From Myxococcota bacterium (lineage in GTDB: Bacteria; Myxococcota_A; UBA9160; SZUA-336), in assembly GCA_035498875.1 (NCBI GenBank), contig DATJZP010000061.1, forward strand, positions 172,614-236,613: a DNA stretch of 64,000 nt, read 5' to 3'. A program made the translations under genes and the position numbers. The notes beneath the pieces were generated by a model that made no database searches, was not told the DNA's origin, and saw only the letters and a list, made by a program, of their open reading frames with translations. Below, piece after piece: positions 36,969 to 44,711 of the stretch. Every line of letters starts with the position of its first letter. The first letter of the stretch is position 1.

Positions 36969-37358
36969 GTGAAGCTGTGCGTCTCGGTGCTCGCGGCGAT
37001 TCACCTGGCGGTCACGGTCTGGCATACGGGCGCGCACCAAGAGCTCGGCATCGGCTTGCCGCCGCTCAAGCTGGCCTACGCCTGGGCGGTGATCGTGATC
37101 GCGCCGCCGCTCGCGGGCATCGGTGTCTGGACGCGCCTCGCGCAGCCTGCGCTCTGTCTGTTCACGGCGGCGATGCTCGGGTCACTGCTGTTCGCGACCT
37201 ATCACCACTACATCCTCGTGTCTCCCGACAACATCGCGCACCTGCCCGAGGGCAGTGACGCCGCGCACGCCGGCTTCGTGGCCAGCGCCGGAGTGAGTGC
37301 CTTGCTCGAGCTGGCCGGCGCGCTTTCGGGCGCGTTCTTCCTGGGGCGCCGCGCGTGA
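36969..37358 (+). CDS. Small membrane protein
   Basis: Four hydrophobic segments. Function unknown. Confidence 0.55.
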   Translation: MKLCVSVLAAIHLAVTVWHTGAHQELGIGLPPLKLAYAWAVIVIAPPLAGIGVWTRLAQPALCLFTAAMLGSLLFATYHHYILVSPDNIAHLPEGSDAAHAGFVASAGVSALLELAGALSGAFFLGRRA

Positions 37359-37864
37359 GCTCCCGGCGCTTCTCGCTCGCCCAGGCCAACGTGGCGCACA
37401 TGGTCGCGCCGCTGGAAGACCCGGTCATGGACGGCTTCCGCACGCAGCTACCCCGCATCAACGCGCTGGCCGACGCCAGCCCCGGCTTCGTCTGGCGGCT
37501 GCAGTCCGACGCGGGCGACGCCACCTCGATCCGCGCCTTCGACGATCCGCTGCTCCTGTTCAACATGTCGGTCTGGGAGTCACTCGAGAGCCTGCACGCC
37601 TACGTGTACAAGAGCGAGCACGTGGCGCCGCTGCGCGCGCGCAAGCAGTGGTTCCGGCTGCCGGCGGGCCCGCATCTCGTGCTGTGGTGGGTGGCCGCGG
37701 GTCAGCTGCCGAGCGTGGGCGAGGCGCTCGGGAAGCTGGAGCAGCTGCGCACGCACGGTCCGACGGCCGCGGCGTTCACCTTCCGCAATCCGTTCCCGGC
37801 GCCGGGCACGAAGCCGACGCGGCCACCCGAGGTCGACGCCGAGTTCTGCGTCGCCGCTCCGTGA
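37355..37864 (+). CDS. DUF3291 domain protein
   Basis: Sequence FSLAQANVAHMVAPLEDPVMDGFRTQLPRINALADASPGFVWRLQ...NMSVWESLESLHAYVY. Confidence 0.75.
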   Translation: MSSRRFSLAQANVAHMVAPLEDPVMDGFRTQLPRINALADASPGFVWRLQSDAGDATSIRAFDDPLLLFNMSVWESLESLHAYVYKSEHVAPLRARKQWFRLPAGPHLVLWWVAAGQLPSVGEALGKLEQLRTHGPTAAAFTFRNPFPAPGTKPTRPPEVDAEFCVAAP

Positions 37865-38610
37865 CTCAAGCCACGGCCGCGCCGCCCACGATGCGCTTTC
37901 TCAGCGCGGAGTGGCGCGAGCTGGCGATGCTGAACTACGAGATCGACCCGAAGCGGCTTGCGAGCCGCGTGCCGCCCGGCACCGAGCTCGACTCGTGGCG
38001 CGGCCGCAGCTTCGTGAGCGCGGTCGGCTTCCGTTTCCTGCGCACGCGCGTGCTCGGCGTGCCGGTGCCGTTTCACGTGAACTTCGACGAGGTGAACCTG
38101 CGCTTCTACGTGCGCCGCAAGTCAGGCAGCGAGTGGCGGCGGGGCGTGGTGTTCGTGAAGGAGATCGTGCCCCGGCGGGCGATCGCGCTGGTCGCGCGCG
38201 TCGCCTACTCCGAGAACTACGTCGCGCACCCGATGAGACACTCGATCCGTCCCATGATCGGCGACGGTCCGGCGACCGTGGCGTACGGCTGGCGCCGGCG
38301 CGGCGCCTGGGAGGGACTCAGCGTGCAATTCTCGGGTGCGCCGGTCCTGCCGGCCGATGACGCCGAAGAGACGTTCATCACCGAGCACTACTGGGGCTAC
38401 GCGCTGCAGCGCGACGGCGGCAGCGTCGAGTATCAGGTCGAGCACCCGCGCTGGCATGTCTGGCGCGCCGAGAAGGCCAGCCTCGAGTGCGACGTCGCGT
38501 CGCTCTACGGGCCGGAGTTCGCCGAGCCGCTCGCGCTAGCGCCCAGCACCGCGTTCGTGGCCGACGGCTCGGCCGTGGTCGTGCGGCGCGGCCGGCGGAT
38601 CGCGCCGTGA
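37861..38610 (+). CDS. DUF2071 (YqjF-like) family protein
   Basis: Sequence MRFLSAEWRELAMLNYEIDPKRL...VNLRFYVR. GTG at 37861 overlaps the upstream stop. ATG at 37891 is an alternative start. Confidence 0.7.
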   Translation: MTQATAAPPTMRFLSAEWRELAMLNYEIDPKRLASRVPPGTELDSWRGRSFVSAVGFRFLRTRVLGVPVPFHVNFDEVNLRFYVRRKSGSEWRRGVVFVKEIVPRRAIALVARVAYSENYVAHPMRHSIRPMIGDGPATVAYGWRRRGAWEGLSVQFSGAPVLPADDAEETFITEHYWGYALQRDGGSVEYQVEHPRWHVWRAEKASLECDVASLYGPEFAEPLALAPSTAFVADGSAVVVRRGRRIAP

Positions 38611-39038
38611 GTCGCTGGCTCGCGGGGCTCGCGCTCTGCCTCCTGGCCTGCGGTCCCGTGCCGGGTGGCTCGCTCTCGGGCACGCTGACTCCCGCGCCCG
38701 CCTCCTGGTCCGAGCTGGTTCCTGACGCGCGGCGCATCTGCGAGATCGAGGCGCGGCCCGAGAAGCCTCATTCCGTTCAGCTCGAGTGCTTTCTGCACGA
38801 CGGCCAGCTGTTCGCGCAGTCACACCGCTGGGCGCTGTCGAGCTGGTGGCCGGTCGAGAGCTGGGCAGCGATCTGGATCGCCCACCCCGACGTGCGCGTG
38901 CGGCTCGGTGACCACCTGTTCGAGCTGCGTGCGACTCACATCACCGATCCGCCGCTGCGCGAGGCGGTGCTGCGCGAGCGCGGCTACGACCCGGTCCCGG
39001 AGGGCATCCAGGTGTTCCGCTTCGATCCGCGCAGCTGA
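38607..39038 (+). CDS. Lipoprotein of unknown function
   Basis: The start is GTG at 38607. The lipobox is LALCLLAC. Confidence 0.55.
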   Translation: MSRWLAGLALCLLACGPVPGGSLSGTLTPAPASWSELVPDARRICEIEARPEKPHSVQLECFLHDGQLFAQSHRWALSSWWPVESWAAIWIAHPDVRVRLGDHLFELRATHITDPPLREAVLRERGYDPVPEGIQVFRFDPRS

Positions 39039-39039
39039 G

Positions 39040-40206
39040 TCAGCCCCGGGCGGTCGTGACTTCCAGGAACGCCGTCTTGAAGCGTGCCATCTCGGCGCTC
39101 GAGCCGATCGACACGCGCACGTGCGTGGGCCAGACCGGCCAGGCCCGGCCCACGTAGACGCTCTGCTGCTTCAGCCCGTCGATCACCTTCTGGGTTGGCA
39201 TGCGCGCGTCGACCATCAGGTGATTCGCGACCGAGGGCGTGTAGCCGAAGCCGTGAGCGTCGAAGAACTGCATCAGGTCCTTGCGGCGCTCGGCGTTCCC
39301 GCGCTTGCGCGCGGCGATCCAGTCGGGCTCGCCGAGCATCACGCGCGCCGCGGCCATGGCGGTGACGGGCATCGCCCCCGTGTTCCAGCCGGTCATGCGC
39401 GCGAGCAGGTCTTTCTGCGCGATCGCGAAGCCGGCGCGCAGGCCGGCCATGCCGAAGATCTTCGAGAACGTGCGCAGCAGCACCACGTCCTTGCCGGCGC
39501 GCACCAGGTCGACGCCCGGCTTCTCGTCGCACAGGTGGATGTACGCCTCGTCGAGCAGCACCACCGCGTCCTTGGGCTTGTTCGCGACCAGTGACTCGAT
39601 CTCGACCCGCGGCGTCACCGTGCCAGTCGGGTTGTTGGGATTGCACACGTAGAACAGGCCCACCGGCTCGCTCTTCGCCGCGGCCAGCATCGCCGGCAGG
39701 TCGTGCGCACCGTCGCGGCGCAGCGGCACGCTCACCACCTTCGCGCCGATGAACTGCGCCGCGCGCGCCGCCGCCTCGTAGCCCGGCTCGGCGGTCACGA
39801 GCGCGCGCTTGGGGCCGGTGAAGGCGATCACGGCGTGGTGCAGCGCCAGGCTCGAGCCGGGGTACACCGAGAAGTGTTGCGGCGAGAGCTCTTCGAGCTT
39901 GGCCGCGGCCGCGACCAGCGCCTCGGTCTCGGGATACTGGTAGCGGTTGCCGCGCTTGGCCACGTCGGCCAGCGCGGCCAGCGCCGCCTCCGACGGGCCG
40001 TCCGGGAACTCGTTGCCGTTGATCCGGACGGCGTCCTCCGGGATCACTCCCGCGTTCGAGAGCTGCGCGAGCGCGTGCTCGGACGAGAAGGGCAGCGCCG
40101 AGGCGGCACCGGCCAGCGCGGCGATGCGCAGCATCTGCCGGCGCGTGAAGCCGCGCTGCGCGAGCTCGCGCTCCGCGGCGCGGCCGAGTGAAATCGGGCT
40201 TGGCAT
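39040..40206 (-). CDS. PLP-dependent aminotransferase (histidinol-phosphate aminotransferase-like) with twin-arginine signal
   Basis: The Tat-like N-terminus is RGFTRRQMLRIAALAGAASALPFSSEHALA. The body contains RINGNEFP, YVCNPNNPTG and TFSKIFGMAGLR (PLP lysine). Confidence 0.75.
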   Translation of the reverse strand: MPSPISLGRAAERELAQRGFTRRQMLRIAALAGAASALPFSSEHALAQLSNAGVIPEDAVRINGNEFPDGPSEAALAALADVAKRGNRYQYPETEALVAAAAKLEELSPQHFSVYPGSSLALHHAVIAFTGPKRALVTAEPGYEAAARAAQFIGAKVVSVPLRRDGAHDLPAMLAAAKSEPVGLFYVCNPNNPTGTVTPRVEIESLVANKPKDAVVLLDEAYIHLCDEKPGVDLVRAGKDVVLLRTFSKIFGMAGLRAGFAIAQKDLLARMTGWNTGAMPVTAMAAARVMLGEPDWIAARKRGNAERRKDLMQFFDAHGFGYTPSVANHLMVDARMPTQKVIDGLKQQSVYVGRAWPVWPTHVRVSIGSSAEMARFKTAFLEVTTARG

Positions 40207-40263
40207 GCCGCGAGCCTACACGGGCCGCACCGATCGGTCACGCCGCAGCTATGCTTGGGCGCG

Positions 40264-40893
40264 ATGGACGGCATCCACGACCTCGGCGGCATGGGCGGCT
40301 TCGGCGCGGTCGAGATCGAGCCGAACGAGCCCCGGTTCCACGAGCCCTGGGAGGCGCGTGCGTTCGCGCTGAATGCCCTGGGCATCCGCATCGGCGCGTA
40401 CAACGTCCACGAGTACCGACACGCGGTCGAGCGCCTGGACCCGGCGCACTATCTGGCCGCGAGCTACTACGAGCGCTGGCTCACCGGCGTGGCCTCGCTC
40501 CTGGTGGAGAAGGGCGTGGTGATTCGCGCCGAGCTCGAGCGCCGCGCCGGCGGCCGCTTTCCGCTGGCGCGTCCCGCAGCCCGGATGACCGCCGAGCCGG
40601 TTCGGGAGTCGAGCGCGCCGCGCTTCGCGGCCAGTGACTGGGTGCGCGTGGCCGATCACCACCCGCGCGGACACACGCGCGCGCCGCGCTACGTGCGCGG
40701 GCGGCGCGGCCAGGTGCTGCGCGTGTCGCGCCGCTTCGAGCTGCCCGACCTCGCGGGTCACGCGCTGCCCGCGCCGCTCCAGGCCACCTACCACGTCGAG
40801 TTCGCGGCGCGCGAGCTCTGGACCGACTCGGCCGAGGCACGCGAGAGCGTGGTCGTCGACTTGTGGGAGCGTTATCTGGAGCCGGCGCCGTGA
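40264..40893 (+). CDS. nthB: Nitrile hydratase beta subunit
   Basis: Sequence MDGIHDLGGMGGFG...FHEPWEARAF...YYERWLTGVASLLVEKG. Confidence 0.85.
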   Translation: MDGIHDLGGMGGFGAVEIEPNEPRFHEPWEARAFALNALGIRIGAYNVHEYRHAVERLDPAHYLAASYYERWLTGVASLLVEKGVVIRAELERRAGGRFPLARPAARMTAEPVRESSAPRFAASDWVRVADHHPRGHTRAPRYVRGRRGQVLRVSRRFELPDLAGHALPAPLQATYHVEFAARELWTDSAEARESVVVDLWERYLEPAP

Positions 40894-41480
40894 CTCGCGA
40901 GCACGAGAAGATCGCGCCGATCGCCGAGCGCGTGCGCGCGCTCGAACAGGCGCTCTCCGACCAGGGCCTGATCCCCGAGCGATTTCTCGAGCGGCGGGTC
41001 GAGCAGGCCGAGGAGAACTTCGACTGGCACAACGGCGCGCGCGTGGTCGCGCGGGCCTGGGTCGATCCGGCGTTCCGCAAGCGGCTGCTCGAGGACGGCT
41101 CGAGCGCCAGCGCCGAGCTCGGCCTGCGCAGCACCAACGAGTATCTCGTGGTGCTCGAGAACACGCCCGCCGAGCACAACGTGATCGTGTGCTCGCAGTG
41201 CTCGTGCACCGCCTGGACGGTGATCGGCCTGCCGCCCGACTGGTACAAGAGCCCCGAGTACCGGGCGCGCGTCGTGCGCGAGCCGCGCGCGGTGCTGCGC
41301 TCGCTCGGGCTCGAGCTGCCCGAGTCGGTGGCGGTGCGCGTCTGGGACACCAGCGGCGAGACCCGCTACATGGTCCTGCCCGAGCGGCCCGCGGGCAGCG
41401 ACGGCTGGAGCGAGGAGCGGCTCGCGGCGATCGTGACTCGCGAGTCGCTGATCGGGGTGGCGCGCGTGGAAGCGAAGTAG
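40890..41480 (+). CDS. nthA: Nitrile hydratase alpha subunit (metal-site motif CSQCSC)
   Basis: Sequence VIVCSQCSCTAWTVIGLPPDWYKSPEYRARVVREPRAVL. GTG at 40890 overlaps the beta-subunit stop. Confidence 0.85.
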   Translation: MTREHEKIAPIAERVRALEQALSDQGLIPERFLERRVEQAEENFDWHNGARVVARAWVDPAFRKRLLEDGSSASAELGLRSTNEYLVVLENTPAEHNVIVCSQCSCTAWTVIGLPPDWYKSPEYRARVVREPRAVLRSLGLELPESVAVRVWDTSGETRYMVLPERPAGSDGWSEERLAAIVTRESLIGVARVEAK

Positions 41481-41502
41481 CCGGGTCCGGTATCCTCGCG
41501 CC

Positions 41503-42234
41503 GTGGGCATCACCAATCGCGAATCGGGAACCCGGGTGGACGAGATCGCCGAGGGCATCTACCGCATCTCGACGCCGGTCCCGCCGCAGAACTTCCCCGG
41601 CGGATTCACCTTCAACCAGTTCCTGATCGACGACGACGAGCCGCTGCTCTACCACACCGGCCTGCGCCGGATGTTCCCGCTGGTGCAGGAGGCGGTGCAG
41701 TCGGTGCTGCCGCTCGCGCGGCTGCGGCACCTGGCGTTCTCGCACTTCGAGGCCGACGAATGCGGCGCGCTGAACGAGTTTCTCGCGGCGGCGCCGAACG
41801 CGGCGCCGCTGTGCGGCCAGCTCGCCGCCGACGTCTCGGTGCGCGACGTCGCCGACCGACCGCCGCGCACGATCGCGAACGACGCCGAGCTCGCGCTCGG
41901 CCGACACACGGTGCGCTTCCTGCACACGCCGCACGTCCCGCACGCCTGGGAGTGCGGAACGATGTTCGAGACGCACACCAAGACGCTGCTGTGCGGCGAC
42001 CTGTTCACCCAGGGCGGTCACGAGCACGTGCCCCTCACCGAGTCCGACATCCTGGCGCCGAGCGAAGTGACTCGCCAGATGTTCAGCAACTACTTCGCGT
42101 GCGCGCCGCAGTCGCAGCAGATGCTCGAGCGCCTGGCCGAGCTGCGCCCGAGCACGCTGGCCTGCATGCATGGCGCGTCCTTCCGCGGCGACGGGGCGAG
42201 TCTCTTGCGCAACCTGGCCGCGGCGCTGCAGTGA
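41503..42234 (+). CDS. MBL-fold metallo-hydrolase / ODP-like di-iron protein
   Basis: Sequence FNQFLIDDDEPLLYHTG...LAFSHFEADECGA...FLHTPHVPH. Confidence 0.65.
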   Translation: MGITNRESGTRVDEIAEGIYRISTPVPPQNFPGGFTFNQFLIDDDEPLLYHTGLRRMFPLVQEAVQSVLPLARLRHLAFSHFEADECGALNEFLAAAPNAAPLCGQLAADVSVRDVADRPPRTIANDAELALGRHTVRFLHTPHVPHAWECGTMFETHTKTLLCGDLFTQGGHEHVPLTESDILAPSEVTRQMFSNYFACAPQSQQMLERLAELRPSTLACMHGASFRGDGASLLRNLAAALQ

Positions 42235-42974
42235 GCGAAGCGGAGCCTCCTGCCTTCACGAGTCAGTCGGGATTCGATCTGCGCTTCGACTGGGGCGAGT
42301 CGGGGCTGCGCGCGCTCGCGGGCGCGGCGAAGACGTTCGTGATCGTCGACGTGCTGTCGTTCACCAGCTGTGTCTCGCTGGCGTGCGGACGCGGCGCGCG
42401 GATCTTCCCGTATCCATGGCAGGACGCGCGGGCGGCAGCCTTCGCCGAGGAGCGCGCCGCGCTGCTGGCCGTTCCGCGCGGCTCGGGCGGCTACTCGCTC
42501 TCGCCCGCCTCGCTTGCCGCCGTGAGCCGGGGCGAACGCGTGGTGCTGCCGTCGCCGAACGGCTCCCAGCTCTCGTTCCAGGCGGCGAAATCGGGGCAGG
42601 TCTTTGCCGGCGCGTTGCGCAACGCAGCCGCGCTGGCCCGGCGCCTCGAGCGCGCGCCGGCGCCGATCGCAGTGATCGCTGCCGGCGAGCGCTGGCCCGA
42701 CGGCACGCTGCGGCCATGTCTCGAGGATTGCCTGGGCGCGGGCGCGCTCCTGGCTCGGCTGCCCGGCAGCGCATCGCCCGAAGCGCGACTCGCGCGCGCG
42801 GCCTTCGAGGCCGCGGCTCCGAGCCTGGCGCGCGCGCTGCGCGAGTGCGCGTCGGGGATCGAGCTCTCCGAGCGCGGCTACGCCCACGACGTGGCGCTCG
42901 CGGCCGAGCTCGATGCCGATCCGACGGTGCCGCTCTTGTGCGACGGCGCCTTCGCCGCCGAGGCCGCGCCGTGA
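42231..42974 (+). CDS. 2-phosphosulfolactate phosphatase (ComB) family protein
   Basis: Contains VIVDVLSFTSCVS and EDCLGAGAL. GTGA overlaps the upstream gene. Confidence 0.65.
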   Translation: MSEAEPPAFTSQSGFDLRFDWGESGLRALAGAAKTFVIVDVLSFTSCVSLACGRGARIFPYPWQDARAAAFAEERAALLAVPRGSGGYSLSPASLAAVSRGERVVLPSPNGSQLSFQAAKSGQVFAGALRNAAALARRLERAPAPIAVIAAGERWPDGTLRPCLEDCLGAGALLARLPGSASPEARLARAAFEAAAPSLARALRECASGIELSERGYAHDVALAAELDADPTVPLLCDGAFAAEAAP

Positions 42975-43849
42975 CCGAGCTCTCGGCGGCGCAGCGCGAG
43001 CTCGTCGACTCACTCGCGCGGCGGCTCGCGCTCATCCCGGGCATGGCCGCGGTGGTGCTCGGCGGCTCGTTCGCGCGCGGGCGCGCGCTGGCGAGCTCGG
43101 ACATCGACCTCGGCCTGCTCTACCGCGAAGCGGCGCCCTTCGACGTCGCCGACGTGCGCGCGCTCGCCGCCGAGGGCAACGACTCGCCCGACCCGGTCGT
43201 GACCGACTTCTACGCCTGGGGACCCTGGGTGAACGGCGGTGCGTGGCTCACGGTGAAGGGCCAGCGGGTGGACTTCCTCTACCGCAGCCTCGAGCACTTC
43301 GAACGCGTGGTCGACGACGCGCACGCGGGCCGCTTCGAGCTGCACTATGGACAGCAGCCGCCCTTCGGCTTCTTCTCGCCGACCTACCTGGGCGAGCTCG
43401 CGATCTGCGTGCCGCTGTTCGACCCGAACGACCTGGTGGGCGCGCTGAAGCGACGCGTCTCGGTGTACCCCGACGCGCTGCGGCGCGCGGTCGTCCAGCG
43501 CTACCTGTGGAGCGCGGAGTTCTCGCTCGACAGCTTCGCCGCCAAGTTCGCCGCGCGCGGCGACGTGCCGAACACCGCCGGCTGCCTGGCGCGCGTCGCG
43601 CACGAGCTGGCGTTGGTCCTGTTCGCGCTGAACGGCCGCTACTGGCTCTCGGACAAGACGGCGCTGGAAGAGATCGCCGAGCTCGAGCGCGCGCCGCGCG
43701 AGTTCGGACCGCGAGTCACTCACGCGCTCGGCGCGCTGGGGGAGACTCCCGCCGAGCTCGGCGCGCAGGTCGCGGCCGTCGAAGCGCTGACCCGCGAGAC
43801 GGTCCGCCTGTGCGAGCCGCTCTACCGGCGGCCGTTCCCGAAGCCCTGA
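42971..43849 (+). CDS. Nucleotidyltransferase domain protein (DUF4037-like C-terminus)
   Basis: Contains VVLGGSFARGRALASSDIDLGLLY. GTGA overlaps the upstream gene. Confidence 0.65.
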   Translation: MTELSAAQRELVDSLARRLALIPGMAAVVLGGSFARGRALASSDIDLGLLYREAAPFDVADVRALAAEGNDSPDPVVTDFYAWGPWVNGGAWLTVKGQRVDFLYRSLEHFERVVDDAHAGRFELHYGQQPPFGFFSPTYLGELAICVPLFDPNDLVGALKRRVSVYPDALRRAVVQRYLWSAEFSLDSFAAKFAARGDVPNTAGCLARVAHELALVLFALNGRYWLSDKTALEEIAELERAPREFGPRVTHALGALGETPAELGAQVAAVEALTRETVRLCEPLYRRPFPKP

Positions 43850-43858
43850 TCGCCCCTC

Positions 43859-44653
43859 TCAGATCTCCGAGGTGCGTCGGCGCAGGAACCCGAAGGCCAC
43901 GACGCCGAGACCCAATATCCCCGGCAGCAGCCACTGCGCGGCGCCCGGCAGCGCCGGGACCGGCAGCAGGTTCACCACCGTGAACGCTGCCGTGGCGTTG
44001 TTCACGAGCGTCGCGGCGCCCGGCGTGACGGCGTAGTCGGCGGCATTGTTCGTCCCCGCCGGGCAGTTCTGCGGTTGGAACTTCAGCGCGGTGGTGGAGG
44101 CCGACGGCAGCACCGCGCCGAATGCCGGATTGGCATGCACGGTCGTGAAGTTCGTCGTGACTACGGCGTCCGAGCCGGTGTACGAGGCGCCGCCCCAGCT
44201 CACGCGCCACCAGGTGCTGCCCTGGCCCTCGAACGTGAGTGACCCGGCGGCGAGAAACGCCGGCGGAATCGGGATCATGTCGAACGCGCCGGTGATCGGC
44301 GGGGACGCCTTCGCGCGCATCGCAGGCGTGACGAGCAGAATCTCTTTGCAGTTACCGGGGGTTGGAGCGACTGCCGCGCCACCGTCGAAGGTCGAGAACG
44401 TCGACAGCGTGGTCGCGTTGTTGCCCGCGGCGTCGCGCACGATCAGTTGCCCGTTGCCGATCACGAACTGGTTTCCCGCGAAGCGCATCTTCAGCTGGAT
44501 GGCTTGCGCGGTCGTGTCTCCACCGACGCCACCCACCACCTGGTCGATCTGCATCTGATGGAATGCAGCAAGCGCGGGACGCGGAGCGAAGAGCAGAGCA
44601 GCGGCAAGAAGGCACACGTATCCGATGCGGTCGAGTCCGATGTGATGCGTCAT
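43859..44653 (-). CDS. Secreted protein with PEP-CTERM-like C-terminal anchor
   Basis: The signal peptide precedes AFHQMQIDQVVGGVGGDTTAQAIQLKMRF. The C-terminus PVPALPGAAQWLLPGILGLGVVAFGFLRRR is a Pro-rich motif plus TM plus basic cluster. It is the last gene of the porin-cytochrome string. Confidence 0.6.
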   Translation of the reverse strand: MTHHIGLDRIGYVCLLAAALLFAPRPALAAFHQMQIDQVVGGVGGDTTAQAIQLKMRFAGNQFVIGNGQLIVRDAAGNNATTLSTFSTFDGGAAVAPTPGNCKEILLVTPAMRAKASPPITGAFDMIPIPPAFLAAGSLTFEGQGSTWWRVSWGGASYTGSDAVVTTNFTTVHANPAFGAVLPSASTTALKFQPQNCPAGTNNAADYAVTPGAATLVNNATAAFTVVNLLPVPALPGAAQWLLPGILGLGVVAFGFLRRRTSEI

Positions 44654-44711
44654 GGATCCCCTCCCGAGTTGCGAACCATACCACTTACGGCTCGAGCCGT
44701 GGGGCGGATTC

